A DNA stretch of 39,235 nucleotides from Candidatus Hodarchaeota archaeon (GTDB lineage: Archaea > Asgardarchaeota > Heimdallarchaeia > Hodarchaeales > Hodarchaeaceae). Numbering within the stretch: the first letter of the stretch is position 1; the number at the start of each line of letters is the position of its first letter. The notes beneath the pieces are model-generated. The model did not search any database, was not told the DNA's origin, and saw only the letters and a program-made list of their open reading frames with translations. Made by a program: the position numbers and the translations under genes. The stretch spans positions 1-39,235 of the forward strand of contig JAEOTM010000036.1 in NCBI GenBank assembly GCA_016839815.1. Direction: 5' to 3'. Positions 16,153 to 26,735 of this stretch are shown piece after piece.

Positions 16153-16986
16153 TTACCGTAGTTTACCGTAACAGTGTGGGCAGAAAAATGCATTATTAGG
16201 CACTGGTTTCCCACAGAATTTACACCCGGCTTGTGCTCCACCCTTTGGAACCGCTTTTTTAACAATAGTTTTTTTCTGTTTAGGTTTGCCTTTACCAGAG
16301 GAAATTGCCATTTTAGGCCGCTTTTTAGCTGAACTAGATTGTGCTCCACCCGAACCACTACCCCATTGAAGGGTAGGTTCCCATCCGCCTGCGGGAGCAG
16401 CTTTTCTGCGTTTGGGTTTTGGAGCTGTTCCTTTTCTTAATCCAACAACAGCCACAATTACACCAACTAACGTAAGTAGTACGGGTGTAAGAATTCCAAG
16501 GAATTGAACGACAACAATACGTCTTGTCAATATTTGAATTGTAGAAGATCCCTGGTTATTGACTTTGATATAAAGATCAAATGCCTGATTGATGGATAAC
16601 GGGTCAAAAAATGACAGAGATATCTGCTTTCCATCTGTACTTTCTGTACTATCAACACTTCGCCTTGTTCCATCAAGAGCTGCGCCAGGATGCGGAAAAT
16701 TATCATTTTTGAGAATTAATGAAAATTCACAAGAATAAGCATTATCAGCGGAAAAGATGAAAATTACTTTTAAATTTAGCATTAATGGTGAAGCGGGGAC
16801 TCGGCCTACAAGTGCTTCTCCGTCGGGATTACCAGCAAAAATATCAACTGGTGTAGTTACGTCCGTAGTTCTTCCCCCAAAAGGCGGAAAAACAATCCAT
16901 ATAAAGTTAAACAAGGAAAATAGTAGAATTCCAATGATTGCTAAACCTATTCCAATAACACTTAATTTCGACACCATTTTGACCAC
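16153..16986 (-). CDS. Membrane protein with two TM helices, Lys-rich low-complexity tail and C-terminal zinc ribbon
   Basis: Hydrophobic stretches at the N-terminus and about aa 160-183; K-rich region; CKFCGK....AFFCPHC. Confidence 0.75.
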   Translation of the reverse strand: MVKMVSKLSVIGIGLAIIGILLFSLFNFIWIVFPPFGGRTTDVTTPVDIFAGNPDGEALVGRVPASPLMLNLKVIFIFSADNAYSCEFSLILKNDNFPHPGAALDGTRRSVDSTESTDGKQISLSFFDPLSINQAFDLYIKVNNQGSSTIQILTRRIVVVQFLGILTPVLLTLVGVIVAVVGLRKGTAPKPKRRKAAPAGGWEPTLQWGSGSGGAQSSSAKKRPKMAISSGKGKPKQKKTIVKKAVPKGGAQAGCKFCGKPVPNNAFFCPHCYGKLR

Positions 16987-17262
16987 TTTAACAACGTTAA
17001 TTCTCTAGATTTTCATGACTTAAAAACTTACTATTGAGTGTCCTTTTAGGAGTTAAATAAATATTTCTAATTCAGCAGGTATTTTTGAATGATTTGAGGT
17101 TATTAGAAGGTAAAAAATCGGTCATCGATTTTCTAAAGTAGAATACTGAATGTACTTAATCTATTGGTATAAAAATTGGCTAATAAGAGCTCTATTATAG
17201 AAGAAACTATAAACTGAAGATTTTGTTGAGAATTGGGATCTGAAAATGTATAACTTTCAGAG

Positions 17263-17451
17263 GTGTTAAAAATCATCGAAATTGACGAGAGAACTTGCGT
17301 TGGTTGTGCCTATTGTGCCATAATTTGCCCAGTGAAAGGATTCAAGGTTGAAGGACTATCGTATTTTCAAAATAGATGCAACAAATGCGGTCGATGTATC
17401 TATACTTGTCCAGTCGAGGCCATACACTCCACGTGGGAGGAAAAAGATTGA
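17263..17451 (+). CDS. 2[4Fe-4S] ferredoxin
   Basis: CVGCAYCAIICP and CNKCGRCIYTCP. Confidence 0.9.
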   Translation: MLKIIEIDERTCVGCAYCAIICPVKGFKVEGLSYFQNRCNKCGRCIYTCPVEAIHSTWEEKD

Positions 17452-18734
17452 CAAACGAGTTTGATGTATTTATAGCGGGAGGAGGCTTGGGAGGTTTGTT
17501 AGCTTCAGCATTATTAACACAACAGGGGAAATCTGTATTTTTATCGGAGCGTTTACCTTTTTTTGGAGGAAGATTTACAACACATAATCTTGACGGATAT
17601 GAAATTCCAACTGGAGCAGTACACATGATCCCACACTCTCAAAGAGGGATTCTTGGTCAAATTTTGCTAAGAAAATTGTCCATTCCTCTTAGTATCATAG
17701 ATACAGAGAATTTTACTACCTGGTATTGGAATAATCGTAAACCATTTAGTCATAAGAGCTTTTGGGGAATTTTTCGTGCCTTTCCTAAATGGAAACAACG
17801 GTATTTCACTTTTAGAAAAGTACTATTAAATCGTAGTAGGATCAAAAATGATTCAAACACATTTTATGACTACTTAAGTTCTAAAACCGAAGATCCACAA
17901 ATTTTTAAATTTTTCAATGCAATTACAGGATTTGCGCTCAGTTTAGATATTTCAGAAATTCCTGTTACCACAATGTACCAATTTCTTGATCATTTATACA
18001 AATATGGGAAAGCTGGTGTACCGATTGGGGGTTGTAAGCAGGTTATCAAATCTTTAGTGGATTTTTCAGGTAGACACAATGGAATATTGAAAAGAAATTC
18101 CCAGCTGATTTCCCTTGAGAATACTGGATCAGTGATAAGTACAGGTGTTGTTCGGAATACCAAGACAAACGAAGAAATGGAGGTTAAAGCAAAGGATTTT
18201 ATACTTAATTTAGGGGTTAATCAGACCAATAGAGTCTTGGAGAAAAGTAATATTGACTTTCGTCTTCCTACACCTCCAAGTGCAGACGGAGGAGGGTTTG
18301 CATTTAAACCAAAGAATTCTTTACTAAAAAGATCTACAGTGGCTCAATTTCCTGATTGTGAATATGTGAAAGGGGCTGTAGAACCTACTTTAGTTTCTTC
18401 TGGACTTGCACCAAAAGGGTCGCATTTATTCTTAACTCATCAAGTTTTTCAATCAAAGGATGTAGTTACTGCAACAAAACGTGCGCGAGACGAAATCTTT
18501 GAACTTTTTCCCTCTCTTAATGAAGAAGATGAACTATGTGTCCATACGTTTCATCGAGACTGGCCAGTTAATTATACCATGCAGGGAACCGATAATGAAA
18601 ACATCTCTGAAGTATTTCCAAATTTAACCTTCGTAGGTGACGGTTTTAAAGGTAGCAAAGGTTGGTTTATGACCGAAGGGGTGGCTTATGGTTCTCAGGA
18701 GGTTACCAAGTATATCCTAGGTAGGGAATCTTAA
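17448..18734 (+). CDS. FAD-dependent oxidoreductase, phytoene dehydrogenase-like (COG1233-type)
   Basis: FDVFIAGGGLGGL..A.L, ER..FFGGRF, GAVHMIP, P.GGCK, FVGDG..G...TEG. A TTG start at 17448 overlaps the ferredoxin stop (TTGA) and follows GGGAGG, so it is preferred to the ORF-track start at 17376. Confidence 0.85.
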   Translation: MTNEFDVFIAGGGLGGLLASALLTQQGKSVFLSERLPFFGGRFTTHNLDGYEIPTGAVHMIPHSQRGILGQILLRKLSIPLSIIDTENFTTWYWNNRKPFSHKSFWGIFRAFPKWKQRYFTFRKVLLNRSRIKNDSNTFYDYLSSKTEDPQIFKFFNAITGFALSLDISEIPVTTMYQFLDHLYKYGKAGVPIGGCKQVIKSLVDFSGRHNGILKRNSQLISLENTGSVISTGVVRNTKTNEEMEVKAKDFILNLGVNQTNRVLEKSNIDFRLPTPPSADGGGFAFKPKNSLLKRSTVAQFPDCEYVKGAVEPTLVSSGLAPKGSHLFLTHQVFQSKDVVTATKRARDEIFELFPSLNEEDELCVHTFHRDWPVNYTMQGTDNENISEVFPNLTFVGDGFKGSKGWFMTEGVAYGSQEVTKYILGRES

Positions 18735-18867
18735 TCTTCATCTGATATTGAGGATAGATGAATAATCTCCCCTCAGACTTTTACGAAAATTTTACTATCT
18801 GAATAAAACGAAAGGCATAAATGAAGTGAAAATGTAAATCTTTCAATACTGATTATGAGGTCTTCCA

Positions 18868-19989
18868 ATGAAAAAACAAGTTGTATGCTTTTTAGTGTTG
18901 TTTTTCTTCATACTTAATATTCAACCGTTTACCGCAAAAAATGCGCAAGGTAATGAACCGCTACAGAAAATTGCAGTAATAATTGATTCCCCAGAATTCT
19001 ATCATTCTTCTTATACAGATGATATTCTGAACGGTTTTAGATACATTAATGAAACGTATCAAATTGATTTTGACGTATTTCAACTCACGAATTACACACT
19101 TGTCAGTAGAGACCCATATAAGATTAGTTACACATACAATGGCTCTGAAACAAATCAAACTCTACTTACTGAATTACTGATTCAACGTAATGAATATGAT
19201 CTAATTGTAATGGTTGGATATGAGTTAAGAAGATCGTTTGATGTATCTACTTATCCTGAAACTGATTTCTTGTTTTATGATTTGTCAGGAGAATCTCCGG
19301 GATTTGAAGGTGAGGGTGAGAATCTCTTTGTAGTTAGCTTCAAAGAGAATGAACAAGCGTTCTTTGCAGGCTCCTTAGCAGTTGCAGAGTTTTATCCTTT
19401 ACCTTCCAAAATTGGGATAGTCGGTTCTTGGAACGGAGACGCGCGAACTCGTCAACTAATAGCAGGTTTTCAAAGTGCGATCTTTAGAAATACAACTAAT
19501 GTAGACATCTCTATCTCTTATGTTGATACCTATATTGATCAGCAAAGGGTTGAAGCTATTGGTACTGAATTCAATAATCAAGGCGTGGAACTAGTATTTA
19601 CTGCTCTTCAGGCTAATAATACCTTAATTATGCTTGAAACCTTTAATGGTGGAGATGTTGTGTGTGTGGACTTAAATCAATCCACCAGTGTAATGAAAAA
19701 TAACACTCGGGTTTTATCAGATGTTTTTAAGCATTTTAATAACACCCAAGGATTTCTTGGTGGCACAGCTACATTCAGTTTTACTGATAATGTATTTTAT
19801 GCCAATGGCTGGTCTAGTCCCTCACTAGTGAATGATACAATGGTCGGATTGTATGATGAGATTATCTCAGGAGATCTTACTGTACCTACTGAAATAAAAT
19901 TTGCCTCTAATACTCCAAGTTTTACAATCTTTCTATCAATCTTAGGGATTCCACCTCTTTTATCCATAATTAAAAAGAGGAAGAAATAA
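18868..19989 (+). CDS. BMP-family (nucleoside-type) substrate-binding protein with signal peptide and C-terminal PGF-CTERM-like anchor
   Basis: Signal MKKQVVCFLVLFFF; YDLIVMVGY, YPETDF, FKENEQAFFAG.LA, KIGIVG, AGF..; tail TPSF + TM + KKRKK. Confidence 0.75.
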   Translation: MKKQVVCFLVLFFFILNIQPFTAKNAQGNEPLQKIAVIIDSPEFYHSSYTDDILNGFRYINETYQIDFDVFQLTNYTLVSRDPYKISYTYNGSETNQTLLTELLIQRNEYDLIVMVGYELRRSFDVSTYPETDFLFYDLSGESPGFEGEGENLFVVSFKENEQAFFAGSLAVAEFYPLPSKIGIVGSWNGDARTRQLIAGFQSAIFRNTTNVDISISYVDTYIDQQRVEAIGTEFNNQGVELVFTALQANNTLIMLETFNGGDVVCVDLNQSTSVMKNNTRVLSDVFKHFNNTQGFLGGTATFSFTDNVFYANGWSSPSLVNDTMVGLYDEIISGDLTVPTEIKFASNTPSFTIFLSILGIPPLLSIIKKRKK

Positions 19990-20020
19990 CTTTGGCATAC
20001 AAAGGTGTGTAGATAATTCG

Positions 20021-20818
20021 ATGAAAGAATCAATCTGTATTATTGGGGGCTCGGGTTTTTATGATTTTTTACCCTCTCCAAAAGAGAAATTAGTAGAAAC
20101 TCCTTTTAGTTCTGAGCCAGTAGTGTTATATCATTCAACCGTCAATGATCGTGATCTATATTTTTTACCTCGCCATGGAAAAGGTCATTCTATTCCCCCT
20201 CATCGAATTAACTTCAAAGCAAATATATACGCTATTCATCTCCTCTCAATCTCAAGAGTGTTATCAACAAGTGCCGTTGGAAGTGCTCGTATAGAAATCA
20301 AACCTGGGGAATATGTGCTTTTAGACCAATTTATCGACATTATTCGTCCAATTACCTTTTTTGAAGGTGAATTCGGTGTTAAGTTCCAAGATGGAAATGA
20401 ATTAAATGGTGTAATCCATACAGATATGACACATCCTTATTGTCCAGATTTGCGAAATCATATTTCAGGTATTCTCTCAAGATTCCCATATTCACGACTC
20501 CAAGGGACATATTATTGTGCTGCCGGTCCAAGATTTGAAACACCTGCAGAAATAAAAGCAATTGCTGCGATGGGTGGAGATGTTGTAGGAATGACAAATT
20601 CCTCTGAAGCAATTCTCTGTCGTGAGTTAGGGATATGTTATAGTTCGATCGCAGTTGTAACTAATTATGCCGCGGGGCTTCAAAAGCAAGTAAACCATCA
20701 AGAAGTTATAGATTTGTTCAACCAACGAGCATCAGAGTTGAAAACAATTCTTAATGACGTAATTGAAATTCTTCCTTATACTAAAACATGTTCATGCCGA
20801 GCTCATATCTCTAAATAA
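20021..20818 (+). CDS. mtnP: 5'-methylthioadenosine / purine nucleoside phosphorylase (MTAP family)
   Basis: IIGGSG, TPF, FLPRHG..H.IPPH.IN..AN, SAVGS, DQFID, GPRFETPAE, VVGMT...EA.LCRELG, VTNYAAG. Confidence 0.9.
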   Translation: MKESICIIGGSGFYDFLPSPKEKLVETPFSSEPVVLYHSTVNDRDLYFLPRHGKGHSIPPHRINFKANIYAIHLLSISRVLSTSAVGSARIEIKPGEYVLLDQFIDIIRPITFFEGEFGVKFQDGNELNGVIHTDMTHPYCPDLRNHISGILSRFPYSRLQGTYYCAAGPRFETPAEIKAIAAMGGDVVGMTNSSEAILCRELGICYSSIAVVTNYAAGLQKQVNHQEVIDLFNQRASELKTILNDVIEILPYTKTCSCRAHISK

Positions 20819-21014
20819 GAATCAACTGTAATTATTACCTAGACTTTTACCTCTAATCTTCTCATTCACAGATCTTATTAGTTCATCAAGAGTGTGTTTC
20901 TAGATATAAAAAACACTACTCTTAAGTAAAAATCATACTATTTTCTCTAACCGTAATTAAACTGTTTTCCAGCAAAATATTTGTAGAACTGTTGAGATAT
21001 GGAAAGTTGAAACA

Positions 21015-22178
21015 ATGGTACAAACAGAACACCTTTTTACTTCCGAATCAGTAACCGAAGGGCACCCTGATAAAATGGCTGATGCGATCTCGGATAGTAT
21101 CCTTGACACGATCTTAGCAAAAGATCCAGAGGCACATGTTGCCTGTGAAACTTACCTTACTACAGGTATGGCGCTTGTTGGTGGGGAAATTTCAACCAAT
21201 ACATATGTAGATATTCAGAAGGTAGTTAGACAGAAAATTAAAGATATAGGATATTTAAATTCTGAAATGGGATTTGATTATAAGAGTGTAGCAGTTTTAA
21301 ATGCTATTCACGAACAAAGCTCCGATATAGCTCAAGGGGTAAAGCGACCAACTCCCGAAGAGCAAGGAGCGGGAGATCAAGGGATGATGTTTGGGTATGC
21401 ATGTGCGGAAACTGAAACCTTCATGCCCCTACCAATTACATTAGCTCACAATTTAACCAAAAAACTAGCTGAGGTACGAAAAACAGGAAAAATTCCTTGG
21501 TTACGTCCTGATGGGAAATCTCAAGTAACCGTTGAATATAGGGGGAATACACCGATTTCTGTAAAATCTGTAGTGCTAGCTGCCCAACACTCAGCTGAAG
21601 TATCTCATGCTCAGATAAAAGAAGAACTTATCGAAACAGTAATCAAACCAGTTATTCCTTCAATACTTCTTAACGAGAAATCCGAATTTTTTGTAAATGA
21701 AACTGGTAGATTTGTTATAGGAGGACCACACGGAGATACAGGTCTTACTGGTAGAAAAATCATTGTTGATACTTATGGGGGAGTAGGTTCTCACGGTGGG
21801 GGTTGTTTTTCCGGTAAAGATCCTTCAAAAGTAGATCGTTCTGGATCCTATGCCGCTAGGTGGGCCGCGAAGAACGTGGTTGCGGCTGGTTTGGCTGAAA
21901 AGTGTGAATTACAAATTGCTTATGCGATAGGAGTTGCAAATCCCTTATCGATATATCTAGATACCAAAGGTACAAATAAAATACCCGAAAAAATTATTCT
22001 AGACCTCATTAAGACTCATTTTGATTTTCGGCCTGGTATGATTATTCAGAAGTTAAGGCTTAAACGTCCAATTTATGCAAAAACTGCTGCATATGGTCAC
22101 TTTGGTAGAGATGATCCAGATTTTACGTGGGAACAAACTGACATTGCACCACTCTTGAAAGAAAGTGCCGGATTTTAG
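21015..22178 (+). CDS. metK: S-adenosylmethionine synthetase, bacterial/eukaryotic type
   Basis: [73 protein letters not shown]. Confidence 0.97.
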   Translation: MVQTEHLFTSESVTEGHPDKMADAISDSILDTILAKDPEAHVACETYLTTGMALVGGEISTNTYVDIQKVVRQKIKDIGYLNSEMGFDYKSVAVLNAIHEQSSDIAQGVKRPTPEEQGAGDQGMMFGYACAETETFMPLPITLAHNLTKKLAEVRKTGKIPWLRPDGKSQVTVEYRGNTPISVKSVVLAAQHSAEVSHAQIKEELIETVIKPVIPSILLNEKSEFFVNETGRFVIGGPHGDTGLTGRKIIVDTYGGVGSHGGGCFSGKDPSKVDRSGSYAARWAAKNVVAAGLAEKCELQIAYAIGVANPLSIYLDTKGTNKIPEKIILDLIKTHFDFRPGMIIQKLRLKRPIYAKTAAYGHFGRDDPDFTWEQTDIAPLLKESAGF

Positions 22179-22400
22179 GAAGTGGATATATCGATTCACC
22201 AGAGTATCTGAAAAATTAGGAAAATTTTGTGTTCTAGATCCTAATCTGCACCTCTAAAGGACATCCTAGAAAGGAGCTATTCTTGCACTCTTATTTGTCA
22301 ATTTTTTCCGAGAACTGGATAAGAACTATATTAATTTAGAAGGAGGCATCTTTCTATGTTGGGTTTTCACATACATCCTTCCATATTTGGTGAAAAATAG

Positions 22401-25400
22401 TTGACACAATTATTAAAATGCACAAAATGTGATTATACAGAGTCTATCCCCATGCATTGTAGACAACCAATGCATGTTGAAACTATTAATGGAGAAGAAA
22501 AACTAGTTTGTTGGATGGGATCTTCCTGTGGAGTTAAAGATTTACCCGAACACCATGGGTCCCACATGGAGATTATTGAGTCATCTGGTTATGAAATAAC
22601 ACCTTCTGAAGGAAAAGAGATATCTACCAATATTGAAAGGATCGATGCACTAAATGATCTTACCAAGGAAGATAAAAATAAACTTGAGTTATTGTGTCAG
22701 GTTTGTGGGTATACGGAGACTATCCCTATGCATTGCAAGCAATCGATGCATCTAGAGATGGTTAATGGAGAAGAAAAACTAGTTTGTTGGATGGGACCTT
22801 CTTGTGGGATTAATGACATTCCTACCCATTGTGGAAAACCTATGGTACTTAGGAAAACCAAGTTCGCAGATATTCCAAATTCATTCTTATTATCTGAAGA
22901 GAAAAAGACAGAAATTGTGTCCAAAACTGATGGATCAACAGAAAAACACTCCTCTTTAAGGAATACAGTACTAGCCATAACCGGGATGACATGTGCTGCA
23001 TGTGTAGCAAATGTAGATAAGAAACTGAAGCAAGTTGATGGGGCTCAAACAGTTAGTGTTAATTTGATGACTGAAAAAGCCAAAATTACTTATGATTCTG
23101 GAATAACTTCTCCAGCGAAGTTGATAGCAGCAGTTAAAAGTATCGGCTACGGAGCTGAGAGTATTGAAACTAGAGAAAATACAATAGACCAGCTTGATCT
23201 AAAAATTGATGGGATGACATGTGCTAATTGTGTTATTTCTGTAGAAAAGTCGATTAAAAAGGCTGATGGGATTTTAAAAGTTAATATAAATCTTGCTACT
23301 GATAAAGCTCACATTGAATACGATTCCAAGATTGTGAGTCAACTCGAAATTATAAACCAAATCGAAAACGCTGGTTATACAGCAAGACCGCTTTTGCACG
23401 ATAGAAAAACTGAGGATCGAGAGAAATTAGCACGAGAAGCCGAGTACAGACACCAAAGAATGAGATTAATCGTTGCTATCCTCTTTACTTTACCTGTTTT
23501 TTTCTATAGTTTAGGTTATGTCCTTGGACTTAGATTACCTCTACCATTACCTGATCCTTTCATCTCAGGTATAAATTCGAGACAATTAGTGGTGATGTTT
23601 TTTACGATCCCTGTGGTTTTTATTGCTGGTTGGCAATTCCATAAAGGGGCGATTAAAGTTCTTCGACATCAACAGTTTAATATGGACGTTCTTGTCTTCA
23701 TGGGAACTAATGCTGCATTTTGGTATTCTGTAGTGTCTTTATTCATTTTGAAAGCGGAGGTTTTCTTTGAGACAGCTGCTTTTCTAATAACATTCCTACT
23801 ATTGGGGAAGTTTTTGGAAGCACGCGCCAAGGGTCAAACATCACAAGCGATTCGTAAGCTAATTGATTTGCAGGCTAAACAAGCAACAGTTTTGGTTAAT
23901 AATCGAGAGAGAAAAATTCCTATTGAAAACGTATCAGTGGGAATTATAGTTCTAGTTCGTCCAGGAGAGAAAATTCCTGTTGATGGTCTAATCGTTGAAG
24001 GAAAATCTACAGTTGATGAGTCGATGATTACTGGAGAATCAATGCCCGTCAAAAAATCCGTTGGAGATAAGGTTATAGGAGCAACAATAAATGTGAATGG
24101 TCTTCTGAAGATTAAAACTACAAAGATCGGGGCAGATACAGCGCTTGCCCAGATAATTAAACTTGTAGAAGAAGCTCAAGCATCAAAAGCTCCCATCCAA
24201 AGACTTGCAGATACAGTATCCGGAAGATTTGTACCAACGGTGATTATTATCTCATTTATTACCTTTCTTGTTTGGTTTGGTGGTCTTACCTTGGGCATTC
24301 TACCTAACTCTTTGATTACTGATCTAAATATGAGTACATTCGTGTTTTCCTTGAAATTAATGATTGCAGTATTAGTAATTGCCTGTCCATGTGCTTTAGG
24401 ATTAGCTACTCCGACTGCAATAATGGTTGGGACTGGAAAAGGAGCGGAAAAAGGAATTTTGATTAAAAATGCCGAATCCTTAGAGGCTGCAAAGAAAATT
24501 GATACAATCATCTTTGATAAGACTGGAACGCTAACAAAAGGAAAACCTCGTGTAACCGATATTGTTGTATTAAAAGAAAATTTATCTGAAGATGAAGTAC
24601 TTAAATGGGTTGCTTCAGCAGAAAGAGGTTCAGAACATCCTATAGCTCAAGCCATTGTAGAAAGTGCTAATGAGAAATCCATTTCCCTTTGGGAACCGAA
24701 GGATTTTCAAGCCGTTCCTGGAAAAGGGGTACGTGTTCGTGTTGAGGGTACAATCGTTACCATAGGTAATAGGAAAATCCATGAGGACACAGGCTTAATT
24801 ACCGATTCGATTGAAAACAGAATGAGAAAGCTGGAAGAGCAAGCAAAAACTGTGGTCTTAATAGCTTTCAATAAGGAAATAATTGGTCTGTTAGGAGTAG
24901 CTGATCCTATAAAAGCAACAAGCAAGATTACGATCCAACTTCTAAGCGAAATGGGAATCGCAACTTATATGCTAACAGGTGATAATAGACGTACAGCAGA
25001 AGCGATTGCTGTTGAATTAGGTATAAGTGAAGTTTTCTCTGAAGTTCTCCCTCGGAATAAAGCAGAAATTATAAAAGAGCTTCAGAGGAAAGGAAAATTC
25101 GTAGGAATGGTAGGTGATGGGATTAATGATGCCCCTGCATTGGCACAAGCGGATGTTGGTTTCGCGATAGGAAGTGGAACAGATGTTGCCATTGAAACTG
25201 GGGATATTGTTCTAATTAAAGAAGATCTTAGAGATGTAGTTGCTAGCATACAATTAAGTACAAAAACTCTTTCTAAAATTAAACAAAATTTGTTCTGGGC
25301 ATTTATATACAATATTTTTGGAATTCCCTTAGCAGCAGGAGTTTTATTTGTACCATTTGGTATTTTACTTGTTCCTGAAATTGCAGCTGCCGCTATGGCA

Positions 25401-25484
25401 TTTAGTTCAGTTTCTGTTGTTACAAATAGTCTCCTTCTCCGGTATTATTCACCTAGTGCTCAAAACGTTGAAGTAACACCTTAG
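22401..25484 (+). CDS. copA: Cu(I)-translocating P1B-type ATPase with two HMA domains and an extra duplicated Cys/His/Met N-terminal domain
   Basis: GMTCAAC and GMTCANC, TGES, CPC, DKTGT, SEHP, TGDN, GDGIND, YN..., MAFSS; GGTGA SD upstream of the TTG start. Confidence 0.95.
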   Translation: MTQLLKCTKCDYTESIPMHCRQPMHVETINGEEKLVCWMGSSCGVKDLPEHHGSHMEIIESSGYEITPSEGKEISTNIERIDALNDLTKEDKNKLELLCQVCGYTETIPMHCKQSMHLEMVNGEEKLVCWMGPSCGINDIPTHCGKPMVLRKTKFADIPNSFLLSEEKKTEIVSKTDGSTEKHSSLRNTVLAITGMTCAACVANVDKKLKQVDGAQTVSVNLMTEKAKITYDSGITSPAKLIAAVKSIGYGAESIETRENTIDQLDLKIDGMTCANCVISVEKSIKKADGILKVNINLATDKAHIEYDSKIVSQLEIINQIENAGYTARPLLHDRKTEDREKLAREAEYRHQRMRLIVAILFTLPVFFYSLGYVLGLRLPLPLPDPFISGINSRQLVVMFFTIPVVFIAGWQFHKGAIKVLRHQQFNMDVLVFMGTNAAFWYSVVSLFILKAEVFFETAAFLITFLLLGKFLEARAKGQTSQAIRKLIDLQAKQATVLVNNRERKIPIENVSVGIIVLVRPGEKIPVDGLIVEGKSTVDESMITGESMPVKKSVGDKVIGATINVNGLLKIKTTKIGADTALAQIIKLVEEAQASKAPIQRLADTVSGRFVPTVIIISFITFLVWFGGLTLGILPNSLITDLNMSTFVFSLKLMIAVLVIACPCALGLATPTAIMVGTGKGAEKGILIKNAESLEAAKKIDTIIFDKTGTLTKGKPRVTDIVVLKENLSEDEVLKWVASAERGSEHPIAQAIVESANEKSISLWEPKDFQAVPGKGVRVRVEGTIVTIGNRKIHEDTGLITDSIENRMRKLEEQAKTVVLIAFNKEIIGLLGVADPIKATSKITIQLLSEMGIATYMLTGDNRRTAEAIAVELGISEVFSEVLPRNKAEIIKELQRKGKFVGMVGDGINDAPALAQADVGFAIGSGTDVAIETGDIVLIKEDLRDVVASIQLSTKTLSKIKQNLFWAFIYNIFGIPLAAGVLFVPFGILLVPEIAAAAMAFSSVSVVTNSLLLRYYSPSAQNVEVTP
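22416..22850 (+). repeat. Intragenic tandem duplication of ~50 codons at the copA 5' end
   Basis: Identical 35-mer ttaatggagaagaaaaactagtttgttggatggga at 22486-22520 and 22762-22796 (276-bp offset), with similar flanks. Confidence 0.9.
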
Positions 25485-25703
25485 AAAATTTCACTTTGAC
25501 CCTTTTTTCCCACTAGATTTTCTTTATAATTTCATATTTCTTAGAGTTCTTTGAGATTATTAAATGACGATAGAAATTTAAATATTCAAGATATTAAAAG
25601 AATCAACCCAAAGGAGTGCAGGATGTACTTCTTCCCTAATATTACTACATTTCGTCAATTAAACTAATCAAAAACAATTTTCCATAACGATTCTAAATAT
25701 GGG

Positions 25704-26723
25704 ATGAGTTGCCAAATGTATGAATCGCAGCCAATTCTAAGTTTATCTGAGGTAGACTATGCACGTGCCGATACATTTGGTGATAGAGCTTGTTCGCTAT
25801 CACGCCTCATGGCAAGAGGATATCATGTACCCAAAGGGATAGTAATTTCCACTAAAGTCTTTAAGAGGTATTTAAACACAACTCCTGGCACTAAACGTAT
25901 TGATCATCTTATTGAGCAGGTTAATCCAGCAACCATTGTAGAAACTGCCCAGGAAATACAAGACTTAATAAACTATAGTCCTGTTCCCATGCAGATGGCT
26001 AATCAAATTGCTACTGCAATTTCTTCTTTGCTAGATAAATCTCCATCCCAATCATTAATTGTGCGCACTTCTGCAAACGTTGAAGGATCATCTCGCCATG
26101 TATGTTCGGGAAGAGGAGTTCATTTTCATATGAATGATATAACCCAAATCATTCGCGTTGTCAAGAATTGTTGGGCATCTGCTTACACTGCTGATGTACT
26201 TAAAGATTTGATAAATGTTGGACTTCCACCTGATAGCGTCTGGGTAGCGGTCATAGTCGAAAAAATGGTAAGAGCAGAAGTTAGTGGGAAGATGTATATA
26301 GAAAAAGGTGATAAAGAGGAAAAGATTCATATTGAATCTAATTGGGGTGCCCAAGTTCATCAAGCTGATGAAGGTATACCCTGTGATCACATCATCATTG
26401 ATCCATCCGAAAATAAAATAGGGGAACCTATTGAAACGTTTAATGCCTATAAGCTTAAAATCTCCCAGATATCTCCTGATAATCACCAATTAGAAATTAT
26501 CGAAAACGATCCTGCTAGAAGAAATGTACTTTCACTAGATCAACAAAAAATCTCGACCCTTACCCAGTTAGCAAGAAAAATCCATGATGATTTTGAAGTG
26601 GGGTATATGATTGAATTTGTTTTTGATGAAAAAGATACTTTATGGTTATTAGATGCGGTTCCACTATCTATTCATAAAAATCTTTACAAAATAGGACAAT
26701 CTTCAACAGTGACATCGATTTAA
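25704..26723 (+). CDS. Stand-alone PEP/pyruvate-binding (PPDK_N, ATP-grasp) domain protein, degenerate
   Basis: VPKGIVIST..F, LIVRTSA.VE, V.NCWAS, AVIVEKMV...SG, IESNWG, IEF..D...LWLL. No His-swivel or PEP-utiliser domain. Confidence 0.8.
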   Translation: MSCQMYESQPILSLSEVDYARADTFGDRACSLSRLMARGYHVPKGIVISTKVFKRYLNTTPGTKRIDHLIEQVNPATIVETAQEIQDLINYSPVPMQMANQIATAISSLLDKSPSQSLIVRTSANVEGSSRHVCSGRGVHFHMNDITQIIRVVKNCWASAYTADVLKDLINVGLPPDSVWVAVIVEKMVRAEVSGKMYIEKGDKEEKIHIESNWGAQVHQADEGIPCDHIIIDPSENKIGEPIETFNAYKLKISQISPDNHQLEIIENDPARRNVLSLDQQKISTLTQLARKIHDDFEVGYMIEFVFDEKDTLWLLDAVPLSIHKNLYKIGQSSTVTSI

Positions 26724-26735
26724 TATTGACGAGGG

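Noticed and set aside
17376-17447. Long overlap between ferredoxin and oxidoreductase suggesting a frameshift or fusion
   Set aside because: Explained by a TTG start at 17448 with an SD and a standard 4-bp stop/start overlap.
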